From: Octopus bimaculoides
Taxonomy: Eukaryota
Direction: 5' to 3'
DNA: 64,000 nt
Assembly (NCBI RefSeq): GCF_001194135.2
Contig: NC_068983.1
Location: 154,579,935 to 154,643,934, forward strand
The notes below the pieces were generated by a model. The model saw only the letters and a program-made list of their open reading frames with translations, was not told the origin of the DNA and made no database searches. Below, piece by piece: positions 51,601 through 64,000 of this stretch; within the stretch, counting starts at the first letter, position 1; each line of letters begins with the position of its first letter. The translations under genes were made by a program, and so were the position numbers.

Positions 51601-52399
51601 TTTATCTATTTATTTGTTTGTTTGCATCATTATTTCAACATCTGCTGGCCTGGATTCCTCTTATACCCACACTTTACCCCACGAACTTAGCCCTCGGTAA
51701 AGATTTCGGAGTATAAGGTTAAATCATTTGAGCATTACTATGTGTTTTCTATATTGAGCATCTCTGGATCTCATTTGTTGATTCTTTAAGGAAAGCTATA
51801 AGCCAAAACGGGTCACTCTTGTTTCCATTATGCTGTATCTTCAACACTGAAATTATAAAATTATCTAACAACATACAAGAAAAAAATATAATAATAGCAT
51901 ACAATCGCATTAAAATATTCATTAAAGAAACACTGTAATGAAAGTTTTGCATTTAAATTGAATAAAGTTTGCATTTAAACTGAATATCATTGAAACAGAT
52001 TGAGTACAATATTAACCAAAAATAAGAGGCGCATTGCTACTGTGCCTATTCCTGCTCAGTGATGCCAAATTGAAAACAAAATTTGGGAGATGTTATGAAG
52101 ATTAAGTAACATTGCTTGTTTCCTTGAGTGTTAGTAAACCAAAATATATGAAGTTTTAGACGTTTCACAAGAGGTACATTTACTTTTGTTCAGTCTATAT
52201 ATATATTGGTGAGTAGAATCGCTACCTTATTCAGCTACATACAATTTAAAGTTACTGATACATCCAAATAAATAAAGCTTGCCTTATCGAAACCTTTTTT
52301 TAAGAAGTAACGAAGACAGAAAAAAACTCTAGTATACGATGCACAAAGCTCGCCTATTCACATTAACAAAATTGGATTTCCATTTGATCCATTCAATAG

Positions 52400-52672
52400 A
52401 AAAGCCTGCTCGTGAAATTAGCGTGCAAGTGGCTGAGTACTCCACAGACACGCGTAGCCTTAATGTAGCTCTTACAGAAATTCAGCATGACACAGAATGT
52501 GACAAGGCTGGACTTAGGAAATTCAGGTATTACCCATTTCTGCCACCTGAGTGGACTGAAGCAACGTGAAATAAAGTGTCCTGCGCAAGGACACAACGCA
52601 CGGCCTGGAATCGAACTAATGACCTTACGATCGAACGCCAAATACCCTAACCACTAAACCACGCGCCTTCAC
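52400..52672 (-). mobile_element. CORE-like head (H2) joined to the SINE-D-type tail (T1)
   Basis: The head matches 22000-22137; the tail (CCAGCCTTGTCAC..GTGTCTGTGGAGT.CTCAGCCACTTGCAC..TTTCACGAGCAGGC) matches SINE-D. Confidence 0.8.
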
Positions 52673-54229
52673 TTAATCACAAAATGCCTCGGTCATTTAG
52701 TGCCTGTTAGACATTTGGAATGAATTGGTCCGTTGGAACGGCCAACTGGTTAGAGAATAATAACATTCAAATGGCCTATATATTTTTTCAGGCCTAACAG
52801 CCATTATCTCAAGTTGCGTGGAATGACTGTAAGTTCGAAATTACAATGCAGTGGACTTGACTTCATTGTTCCCTCAAACTTAACATCTTAATTTCATTTC
52901 TTCTGGTTCAATATTTAAAAAGAAATATTCCCTAATTTAATAAATTTTGTTGTATTAACAATGCTACAGGGATTTGAAACGTAAATTTATATTTAAAACT
53001 ATCAGAACAGCTTTGCTTTCCACCAGAAAAATCTGATAAATATTTTTAGCCATTCATTTCAGCGTGTCAACAGCATACCACAAGGGAGTGGTCGTTTATA
53101 ACAATCAATCTTCCTCCAGCGAATGGAATAAATGTAGTCCCACACCCATCAATACATATATTTTGTTAAACATTTCCAAGATGGAAACGAAAAGAAAAGA
53201 AAAACGGAAAATATTGAAATAATTTGAAACAGTTGTAAGAAAGATCGAAATGAATAGTGAAATAGTTTAGACAGAGTCACTTACTTGACCCCATCATCCT
53301 ATTTCTTTTTTTCTGAAACATCTATAAGAAAGAGGGAAAGAAAGAAGTTATTGGAAAGACTTTTATAAGAACGTTCGAAATAAACAAATAAATTCTAAAA
53401 TACCTTATATCGAAAGTTATTAAAATATGAAAGAGAAACGAAAACATTATTGAAATAACATTTAAACATTTATAAACAAGATTGAAATATATAAATAATG
53501 AAAAAAAATTATGAAAAGAAAAAGAAAAATTATTGATATAACTTCGAAACATCAAAATATAAAATATTGAAATGTGAAAATTTTTTGATTTGCTCTCTCA
53601 AATTACAATTGCTTTAATCCAAAGATAAAATAATTGCTAAAAGTAAAATCAAATATATTTTGAAGACAGCATAAGTTAAACCGGAAGCGGGGGTCGGATG
53701 TGAAAAATACACGAAATTAGGTTTAAAACGGAGACAGAATATAAGAGAGAAGGAAATTAACGTAGTTATTGAGAGGTATAAGTTTGAAGTAAAGATGGTG
53801 TTTTTCTTAGAATTGTAAAGATTTTATTGTCATTTTAGATTGATCTTACATCTATGTATAATTTTAGTTACATGTATAGATATTTTTTAACATCATTATA
53901 ATAGGATACGGGTGCATACTTCAGTCTAGCACGGTGCTTTATGCAGGAAAGGGAACGCTTCTTGGCGTTAATGACAACGTTTCTGAGAGCGCTTGTATCG
54001 TCGCTGCTTCTCCCGAAATGAGCATAATTCTTGTTAGTTAATAAGTCGTAAAGCAACAGTAACATTTAGCCTAGTTTATAGATTGTTGTTGTAGTAGTAT
54101 TCTGGGATATTGCATATGTGCCTGTTTTTTTTTTTATAGTGGTAGTTTTTCAAGTAGTAACAGGTACTGAAGGCTGAATTACGCTTCGGTGACAAATTGT
54201 AATCCTTGCATGTTCAGTGATCTTTCATT

Positions 54230-55500
54230 TTAAGTATTTTTCTTTCATAGTGTAGGTGGTCTGTGCTTGCTGACTGTGTGCAACCTAATTATTATGCGTA
54301 GTACGGTAGTTAAAGCTGATTGCAGTGTCTATTGAAGTTTGTTGTAGGAAACTGGAGAAACTCAGGCAGAACTGTAATAGATCTGACGTATCCATAATGG
54401 ATCTGATGTATTCTTTTGTAAATCTTAAAAACTATAGTTCTTTTCTCCATCTGGTCAGGTCATACGTGTGATTACTCTAATCATATTTGTGTGTCGTTTT
54501 GCTTTCTCTTTTATGTGTTTTATCTGTGTTGCAAACGTTGTGGAACTGCGAGTACTTTTCTCTTCTGTGTGCATGATATTTTTATGTTCTTAATAGTGAC
54601 TTTTGCCTGATTTTGATGGCTTCTGATGTTTCTAGAATGAAAAGATACAGATTTGGTAGGCGCTACTTTAAATGTTGTTGTGGAGAATAGTGGGATGAGG
54701 TTGAAGCCCTATGCGTAAGAAGCTGTATACTTTTCTGTAAGTGTAAGCATGTCATATAAGTATAAGGCCGAAAATAATGGATGCGAGGAAGAATCCTTGC
54801 AGTACTCTATCGGGAAGTTACGTGTCCTTAAAGTGTTGTTCTTGTACTTAAGCTTGGCTTTAGCTTGATATTTAGTGCTTATGCATCTTCGTAACGTAGT
54901 TTTGAGATTTTAGTGAGGAATAAACCCGTAAACATTGCTGAAGTAAAGTAGCTAAAATAAAGCATTTCTTCTTGAAACTATCGTATTTTCTGTTAATTTT
55001 TGAACAGTATAATGAATGAGTGCCTTGATTTGGAGAGAAGAATTTAAGTGAGTTTCTGTCCTCAAAATTTAACCTTTCTAGAATATTTGAGGGTGTTCAA
55101 TGGAGGGTGATGGGTCTGGGTTACTTCAATGGAGTTTGGGACTGGCCTTTAGAATTGTTATAATTTTACCCAGCCTCAGGTGTTTGGTGATTTGACAGTT
55201 TTGATATGATTTTCACTGTAAATTCCGAGCGCATTGATTCATTCGATGTATAAATATTTTAGATGCATGTTTACGATTTCGTCCGAGACTGAAATTTCGG
55301 TATTGCCATTGTTTTTGAAGCGTCTAATCAAATAACGAAGTGAAGATCATGGTGGAGTGAAAGTTGCACATTTTTCGTTTTGAACTCCTGTCTTCATTGT
55401 TCAGTTTTGGAGAGTGATTTTCTAATAGATATGTTTATTTGGTGTTTCAATGTGACTGTGTAATTTGATGCTGTCATAAAGGTATGGAGTACGGTATAAC
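54230..55500 (-). pseudogene. Old I/jockey-like LINE reverse transcriptase relic
   Basis: QGFFLASIIF..LYDMLT..ASYA* (QG..LAP.LF / YADD region), then KAKRHTNMIRVIT..IYK..YIRSIMD. The right boundary is approximate. Confidence 0.55.
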
Positions 55501-57623
55501 TGTTGTTATTGTGGTTGAAGATAATCACGACAGTGCTAATTACTTTACATACGTATTTGGATTTAGTTTTATGGTTTATTTAAGACAAATGATTTACACT
55601 TTCCTGCTTTTCTAAGATATCTTTTAATGTTATTTCCTTGTTTAGTAGTTTGACGCTTTTATTTATGTATTCATTTATTTATTTGTGTATTGATTTATTT
55701 ATTTATTTTGCGTGGCTTTGGTTGTACTGTGTTTGAAGTTTACCTTGGCTTTTATGAGGTTGGCTATTTCTGGGGTTTCATAATTGGAATTCTACAGTTT
55801 ATGTTGCCTTATGACATATTTTTGTAAATGCGTCTATTATAATTTTGTCGAATTTACGTGCTGCAGTATTTATGTTTGTGACTGGGGTACTACTGAATTT
55901 TTTTCAAACCCTAATTCTGCTCTTCCAAGAACTCGTTCTGTTGTGCTTTTGAAGTTTGGTAAAGTAGGGATTTGGGGGGAGGAGGGGGGTATTGTTTTTA
56001 TTTTACTTTCTTCATTGATTTGTGATAATTCATAGGTAGTCTGCAGTAAATTGGGGAATCGTTTGCCATGTGAATGTAAAAGCTTTGTGTATGGAGCGGA
56101 AGGTGGTGTCTGGAGGAAGAGCTGTTACCGACCGGTTGCTGAGATACGCATGTGTGTACGTGTGCNNNNNNNNNNNNNNNNNNNNNNNNNNNNNNNNNNN
56201 NNNNNNNNNNNNNNNNNNNNNNNNNNNNNNNNNNNNNNNNNNNNNNNNNNNNNNNNNNNNNNNNNNNNNNNNNNNNNNNNNNNNNNNNNNNNNNNNNNNN
56301 NNNNNNNNNNNNNNNNNNNNNNNNNNNNNNNNNNNNNNNNNNNNNNNNNNNNNNNNNNNNNNNNNNNNNNNNNNNNNNNNNNNNNNNNNNNNNNNNNNNN
56401 NNNNNNNNNNNNNNNNNNNNNNNNNNNNNNNNNNNNNNNNNNNNNNNNNNNNNNNNNNNNNNNNNNNNNNNNNNNNNNNNNNNNNNNNNNNNNNNNNNNN
56501 NNNNNNNNNNNNNNNNNNNNNNNNNNNNNNNNNNNNNNNNNNNNNNNNNNNNNNNNNNNNNNNNNNNNNNNNNNNNNNNNTATATGGGTATGCGCATGTG
56601 TGTGTGCATTTGTGTGTGAATATATCTGTGCATATCAATATATATATTTGAAGATGTGTGTGTGTATTTTTGTGTGTATGCATGCATAAAGCTTTTAATT
56701 ATTTAAAAAAGATCTGTTTAAAAAGCAATGTTAAAAACCTTTGCGACAGAAGTTTTCGTATAGTATACATTTTGAGTGTAAACGCTTTCGTTCTTCAGCT
56801 TTTCAAACTCACGTAATCTGGACTGACTAACACCCAAACACTCTGAAATATTCGTGTTGGAGCTTCCGACGCGAATGCCAAGTAGCACAGTATGTCGTTT
56901 CTAAATTTCTGACAGAGTGAATTGCGCCATGGTGCTGTTTTTCTCACATACAGTACCGAACAGACTCTACAGTATTGTGTAGACGATAAAATCAAATTTA
57001 ATCAATGTGCATATGCGTGAAGTTAAAAATATAAAATAACGACAATTCACCCATCGCACCCTGTGTGGTGGGGTGTATTATTTAATAAACACAGTATATA
57101 TTCTTATGAGCAATTAATAGTTTCATGGGATGATAAACAACTCAGGTAGCATTTAATAACACGTATGGTGTCTTCATGCAATCCTCGGACACTGCCTATG
57201 TGGCATAATAAGCTTAAACAGGATATTATGATGAGAGAAATACGACAAAAGGTGACGTGGAAATATATGTAAAAGATGGAAGGTTAAAAACACCGGAAAA
57301 TGAAATAAAAACAGAAAAAAGAAAAAGAGAGGTAGGGGAAAATAGTTATGTTCTCTTCACCGTAACGTCATGAGGCTCAAAGGATAGGGTCCTAGAATCT
57401 GCAGTACAGCTGCTCAATCTGGAGAGGGTCGTAATTTCAAGTTCGCTAACTGGAACTTATCTATATCTTTACATCCGCTGAAAATTTCAGGGACTTGCAT
57501 GAAAGCACCAGGCATGTTATTAAATGCTCACCAGATGGAGTACTTTTTTGGTGTTCTTACCCTCACAGAACAGTACACATAATACATACATATATATATA
57601 TTCTTTTATTCATTTATTCCTTT

Positions 57624-57965
57624 ATTTGTTTCAGTCATTTGACTGTGGCCATGCTGGAGCATCACCTTCAGTCAAACAAATTGACCCCCAGGACTTACTC
57701 TTTGTAAGCCTGGTACTTATTCTATCGGTCTCTTCTGCCGAACTGTTAAGTTACTGTGACGTAAACACCAACAGTTGTCAAGCAATGGGGGAGGGACAAA
57801 CACAGACTCACACATAAATATATACGACGGGCTTCTTCCAGTTTCCGTCTTCCAAATCCACTCACAAGGCTTTGGTCGGCCCGAGTCTGCAGTAGAAGAT
57901 GCTTGCCCAAGGTGCTACGCAGTGGAAGTGAACCCGGATCCGTGTGATCGGGAAGCTAGCTTCTT
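57624..57965 (-). mobile_element. Composite CORE-like SINE (SINE-C)
   Basis: GTTTCAGTCATTTGACTG.GGCCATGCTGGAGCA..GACGGGCTTCTT.CAGTTTCCGTCT.CCAAATCCACTCACAAGGCTTTGGTCGGCCCGAG..TTGCCCAAGGTGC..GAACCCGG. Confidence 0.8.
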
Positions 57966-58486
57966 ACCAAACGTGTCTTCCTTAGTCATTGAGTAATATT
58001 ATTGGATGTGAAGATTTGTGTGCATGTTTTTTATAAAAGGGTTACTTTTGCAGAAATTTAAGGGCTTGTTTTGTTAAGAGTGTGAAGAACAAGGGCAAAT
58101 GTTTAGGGTATCGAACTAACGATCTTGCGACAGTGGTTTCGATTCCCAGTCTGCGCGGTTTATTGTGTTCTTTAGAAAAAATATGTTATTTCACGTTACC
58201 CCAGATGAGTCAGCTATAACCGAGTAACCTTGCTAGGAAATGCTGTCCTGTTCGGGGGCGGGGTATGTTGTGATTTCTGTCACTTATACACCACAGAAAC
58301 CAAGTAACAGGTCCTATGGACCTTAAAAGATGAGACAGTAATGTCTGCTTGTACAGAATTATAGACCTGTCTGCTTTCCGGTGTTGTATACGTAACGTGA
58401 TAAACATCGTTCGACCAGCTTTCTCAAACTATGGCCATCTTGTCTTTTCTGACATATTATATTAAGTATTCGTTATAAATTATGGC

Positions 58487-59763
58487 GGAGGCGCAATGGC
58501 CCAGTGGTTAGGGCAGCGGACTCGTGGTCATAGGATCGCGGTTTCGATTCCCAGACCGGGCGTTGTGAGTGTTTATTGAGTGAAAACACCTAAAAGCTCC
58601 ACGAGGCTCCGGCAGAGAATGGTGGCGAACCCTGCTGTACTCTTTCACCACAACTTTCTCTTACTTCCTGTTTCTGTTGTGTCTGTAATTCAAAGGGTCA
58701 GCCTTGTCACACTGTGTCACGCTGAACATCNNNNNNNNNNNNNNNNNNNNNNNNNNNNNNNNNNNNNNNNNNNNNNNNNNNNNNNNNNNNNNNNNNNNNN
58801 NNNNNNNNNNNNNNNNNNNNNNNNNNNNNNNNNNNNNNNNNNNNNNNNNNNNNNNNNNNNNNNNNNNNNNNNNNNNNNNNNNNNNNNNNNNNNNNNNNNN
58901 NNNNNNNNNNNNNNNNNNNNNNNNNNNNNNNNNNNNNNNNNNNNNNNNNNNNNNNNNNNNNNNNNNNNNNNNNNNNNNNNNNNNNNNNNNNNNNNNNNNN
59001 NNNNNNNNNNNNNNNNNNNNNNNNNNNNNNNNNNNNNNNNNNNNNNNNNNNNNNNNNNNNNNNNNNNNNNNNNNNNNNNNNNNNNNNNNNNNNNNNNNNN
59101 NNNNNNNNNNNNNNNNNNNNNNNNNNNNNNNNNNNNNNNNNNNNNNNNNNNNNNNNNNNNNNNNNNNNNNNNNNNNNNNNNNNNNNNNNNNNNNNNNNNN
59201 NNNNNNNNNNNNNNNNNNNNNNNNNNNNNNNNNNNNNNNNNNNNNNNNNNNNNNNNNNNNNNNNNNNNNNNNNNNNNNNNNNNNNNNNNNNNNNNNNNNN
59301 NNNNNNNNNNNNNNNNNNNNNNNNNNNNNNNNNNNNNNNNNNNNNNNNNNNNNNNNNNNNNNNNNNNNNNNNNNNNNNNNNNNNNNNNNNNNNNNNNNNN
59401 NNNNNNNNNNNNNNNNNNNNNNNNNNNNNNNNNNNNNNNNNNNNNNNNNNNNNNNNNNNNNNNNNNNNNNNNNNNNNNNNNNNNNNNNNNNNNNNNNNNN
59501 NNNNNNNNNNNNNNNNNNNNNNNNNNNNNNNNNNNNNNNNNNNNNNNNNNNNNNNNNNNNNNNNNNNNNNNNNNNNNNNNNNNNGAGTGAGAGAAATTTG
59601 GGGCGAAAGAGTAAAACAGGGATCGCCACCACTCCCTGTCGGAGCCTCGTGGAGCTTTAGGTGTTTTCGCTCAATAAACACACACAACACTCAGTCTGGG
59701 AATCGAAACCATGATCCTCCGACTGCGAGTCCACTGCCCTAACCACTGGGCCATTGCGCATCC
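58487..59763. mobile_element. Two SINE-D copies in inverted, tail-to-tail orientation around an 854-N gap (plus 58487-58730, minus 59585-59763)
   Basis: Head motifs point inward from both sides of the gap. Confidence 0.85.
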
Positions 59764-59799
59764 ACTGGTATGATAATAACCCTGATAATAAAAAATGCC

Positions 59800-59972
59800 A
59801 TGTTTCCATGTCGATTACAGCAACCCCCAGTCCTCAATTACTACTTATTTTATCGACCCTGAGAGAGTCGAAAGTCGGCCTCGGCGGAATTTTAACTCAG
59901 AACGTACAGAAAGACAAAATGCCGCTAAGCATTTTGCCCGGCATAGTAATGATTCTGCCTGCTCACCACCTT
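59800..59972 (-). mobile_element. SINE-A fragment
   Basis: GTCGATTACAGCAACCCCCAGT..GGCCTCGGCGGAATTT.AACTCAGAACGT..GATTCTGCC.GCTCACCACCTTA. Confidence 0.8.
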
Positions 59973-61553
59973 ATATTGTATTATGCATTAATTTATTCTC
60001 TATGTTTAAACATTTTAAAGACGGCAGGGTAATATTTGAGCAAGATTTGCTTATAATTTATTACAGGTCAAGCAACCACGGAGACAGTATCTCGCTCGCT
60101 TGTATTTTACTTGTTTAGGTGCTTCGAAATTACATGCTAAAACAATGAGTGATTAATTATCTTATATTGACTATATTCACTGCATACAAGTGCGTTTCTG
60201 TGTGCATGTGTATATATGTATGAGTGTGCACGTGCATGTGTAGGTTTATGTGCATCCCTCTTTAAACAACTTTTAATTATTCATTGTGCGTAATTTTGTA
60301 ATTACACTTTCTATCATTTTGTTCTAGTTGCCCCTAATATTTTCAGTTTTAATGAAAAGCATTTCCAACAGTAACAAAAGGAAATACTGTTGGAGCAAAT
60401 ATATAACTTTCAATAAATACTCACACGAATAAACATTCGCACACGTATATATACGTGTATATATATATATATATATATATATATNNNNNNNNNNNNNNNN
60501 NNNNNNNNNNNNNNNNNNNNNNNNNNNNNNNNNNNNNNNNNNNNNNNNNNNNNNNNNNNNNNNNNNNNNNNNNNNNNNNNNNNNNNNNNNNNNNNNNNNN
60601 NNNNNNNNNNNNNNNNNNNNNNNNNNNNNNNNNNNNNNNNNNNNNNNNNNNNNNNNNNNNNNNNNNNNNNNNNNNNNNNNNNNNNNNNNNNNNNNNNNNN
60701 NNNNNNNNNNNNNNNNNNNNNNNNNNNNNNNNNNNNNNNNNNNNNNNNNNNNNNNNNNNNNNNNNNNNNNNNNNNNNNNNNNNNNNNNNNNNNNNNNNNN
60801 NNNNNNNNNNNNNNNNNNNNNNNNNNNNNNNNNNNNNNNNNNNNNNNNNNNNNNNNNNNNNNNNNNNNNNNNNNNNNNNNNNNNNNNNNNNNNNNNNNNN
60901 NNNNNNNNNNNNNNNNNNNNNNNNNNNNNNNNNNNNNNNNNNNNNNNNNNNNNNNNNNNNNNNNNNNNNNNNNNNNNNNNNNNNNNNNNNNNNNNNNNNN
61001 NNNNNNNNNNNNNNNNNNNNNNNNNNNNNNNNNNNNNNNNNNNNNNNNNNNNNNNNNNNNNNNNNNNNNNNNNNNNNTATATATAAGCACTCATATCCAT
61101 ACATACATCCATATATAAAGAAGAAAAAATATATTTAAATATGAATACAAATCGTGACAAACACGTACACAGACACAGACAGAGACACACATACAGAGTC
61201 AGACATAGTCATGCAAAAATATACAGAATCATGAATACATTTTTAATATAAAATCATATATGAATGTCACACATCATGATGAATACGATTTCTTACACAC
61301 ATGCACGAGAACATCCAAATATATATACACACATCTGGATAAACAACGAATACATATGTATAATGATAGACTGGAATACATTCAAATACAGCACAAATTT
61401 CACACGCATACACACGCATGCGAATTCGTTCAAATATACAAATATTTCGAGATATGAAGTCTCTCAAAAAAGACACGAAGACATGCACATATATAAACAT
61501 GTATGTCACACACACCTACAATTCCTACACACACACACGCATACACACACACG

Positions 61554-61596
<43 letters not shown>

Positions 61597-62149
61597 GCGC
61601 ATATATATGTATATGTACATAAACATACAGCCGTATACGCTCTCACACTTCTAAATTTATCTCATTTTTCTGAAGACATACGCATTATGAATACACGTAT
61701 ACACACGCTCGCATTAATATAAACACTCTCTGAAACTATCTCTCCCTCTCTTTCCTTCTCTATCTCTCTCTCTACCTTCTCTCTCTCTCTCTCTCTCTCT
61801 CTCCTTTGCATCTCTCTCCCTGCTTCTCTGTATCTTTGTCGTTTTCTCCTATACACATACATACACACTAATTATACACATTAGCTAATAAAAATGGAAC
61901 CGATAAAAAATTCATTTAAATTATTTTAAAGATTTTCCGGGTTTTTTTTAATTACTTTCGATGTAATTAATTTTTAAATATTGCTTCTCTATTAAACATT
62001 GTGAAAATGAACATTATTATTTCGTAGCAAAAACAAAAAGTCAAAATTGATATTGATTTCTTAATTACGCATGGGGCACAAATATTCGAACGTGGGAGGA
62101 TGTAGGATTATCTAGACCACAGTATATCACTAGTATAATTTCAAACCAG

Positions 62150-62345
62150 TAAAAGGCAGCGAGCTGACAGAATCGCTAACGTGCTAGGACAAAATGCTTA
62201 GCAGCATGTCCTGAGCTCAAATCCCACCGCGGTCAGCTTTACATTCATCTTTTCGTGATCGATAAAATACATTCTCAGTCAAGTGCTAGGGTCGATGTAA
62301 TCGACTTCCTGCACCCTTCTAATTATCTTGGTTCTTGTGCCAAAC
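62150..62345 (+). mobile_element. SINE-A copy, decayed
   Basis: AAGGCAGCGAGCTGACAGAATCG..CTGAGCTCAAAT..GGGTCGATGTAATCGAC..CTTGTGCCAAA. Confidence 0.8.
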
Positions 62346-63066
62346 TAAGAAACAATTATTCAGAGCCAATAAGGAACCCACCATGCAGGTATTCGACCCA
62401 CTAGATTTATCTCCCACAATTACACTCTTCAGTCGCGAAAAGAAAATGACAGATGAGATAATGCATCCCAAAACATTTAACCACTTAATCAGGGATAGAA
62501 AAGCAGCGTTTATGTTTCTTTTATATATTTTAAGGCTTCCATGACTTGTAAGAAGTAAGGAGGAAGTATCCACAAATAGCAGACCTAACACGAATGCTTG
62601 TGTTAGGTTGAACTTCACTAAAAGCACCCGAGAACCAATGGGTGGTCTAAGACATTTCACTGCGAAACTAAATTTCATGGTTGTTCCAGTAATGATGTTA
62701 AATATCTACCAATATTATAGAATTTGAAATTTCAGTATGTCACGTTGCCTCAGTAAACTTGACATATCACTAGACAAAATAGTTTCAGATATGAGATTTC
62801 TCAACAAAAGATAGATTTATATACAAAATTGTTTTCTGCAATTTTAGGTTATGAAATTTGAGAGGATATTTCTTTCTGCAGTAAAATGGTTTGTCAGGGA
62901 ATGAATTAAATTGCCGCCTAAGAATTCGGAATGCAGACCACCAGAATGGGGAATTTCGTCCAATATTCTCACAGTTCCACCGATCTACCGCCCTGGATTA
63001 GTAGTTTATTTTATTAACTCTGAAATGAAAAGCAAAGTTGTTTTCGGCAGAATTTAAATTGAGACT

Positions 63067-63192
63067 GCAGATAGCTAGATCAAATGAGCAGATAGCTAGA
63101 TCAAATGAGCAGATAGCTAGATCAAATGAGCAGATAGCTAGATCAAATGAGCAGATAGCTAGATCAAATGAGCAGATAGCCAGATGAAATGC
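63067..63192. repeat. 21-bp minisatellite, five perfect copies plus one diverged copy, inside a decayed SINE-A
   Basis: GCAGATAGCTAGATCAAATGA x5 (63067-63171) then GCAGATAGCCAGATGAAATGC; flanks match minus-strand SINE-A. Confidence 0.92.
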
Positions 63193-63621
63193 TACCAGGA
63201 ATTTTCTCGTATGAACTTAAGATTCTACTAATTATCACCAAGATACACGATATATGAAAAACAAAGAGGTAGTCACCGAAAGGCTCCGCAATGGTGATTC
63301 CAGGAGAAAAACGGATCTGGTTTCTGAAATTTGCGTCACAGGGAGAAGGCTTTTTGGTTCTTAATGACCACAATACAAAGTTTCAACGATAAATAACTCA
63401 ACTTTCAGATAATTAACATTGAATGTATTTAGAAGCCGCCATTTTTAACTCACGATTACCTAAGTGTGTGCTCGTGTGTATATGTATGGGGCGCGTCTTA
63501 TAACTGCTATCTTTTTTTTGCCTTTCACGCTTTTCTCCGCTCTATATATACCACACACTCTCTCATTCCCTCACTTTCTGTCTTTCTATCTCCCTATCTC
63601 TCCCTCTTTCTATGTGTGTGT

Positions 63622-63657
<36 letters not shown>

Positions 63658-64000
63658 CTCTCACGCCTGCTACTCCCTCCCCCTCTCTCTTCATATCACA
63701 TGCAATCACAGGGGACGAGAGGACGATATGCGTATGTGCGTTGCGGCTATTTATGTACCTCTCTCTATCAGACTCTGTCCTTTATGCTTTTCTCATTGTA
63801 AACTTTACTCCTCTCTATACATGTTTACCACACTCTCTCTCAACCTCTCTCAGTATATGTATATCATCTCGGTGTGCGTATGCTTGCATATGTGTGTTTG
63901 TATGTGTCAGTATGTACTCATGTATGTGTGTGTATATGCATGTGTGTGCATATGCATGTGTGCCAGTACTCATGTGCGTGTGTATATGTATGCGTCTACG

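Noticed and set aside
53670-53700. AACCGGAAGCG ETS-like promoter motif
   Set aside because: A single short motif with no supporting CpG island, exon or transcript evidence.
63067-63192. CRISPR-like array
   Set aside because: Units are contiguous with no spacers, there are no cas genes, and the context is eukaryotic.

Overview
AT-rich, gap-ridden (N) eukaryotic scaffold made almost entirely of microsatellites and transposable-element debris. The repeat families look like those of an octopus-type cephalopod genome; this is an inference from repeat content only. I recognise no intact host gene, tRNA, rRNA or CRISPR array, and the long ORFs in the track are gap or microsatellite artefacts. Supported content: about 27 copies of a ~210-bp SINE (here SINE-A); several tRNA-headed SINEs with swappable tails; three lineages of RLE-type (R4/Dong-like) LINE; Tx1/L1-like and CR1-like LINE relics; Penelope-like relics carrying minimal hammerhead-ribozyme motifs; a TIR-bounded mariner; Tc1 and maT-like relics; and MITEs. 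The most interesting structure is microsatellite-directed stacking of retroelements. One R4-like LINE always ends in (CATA)n and is piled head-to-tail at 30.7-33.4 kb. A separate (AAT)n hub at 8-13 kb twice repeats the order Dong 3' end, (AAT)n, Tx1 3' end, and includes a Tx1 derivative that keeps both termini but lacks RT. Most coordinates are approximate (about 10-20 bp); TSDs, TIRs and ribozyme cores were read base by base. Identities are estimated by eye.
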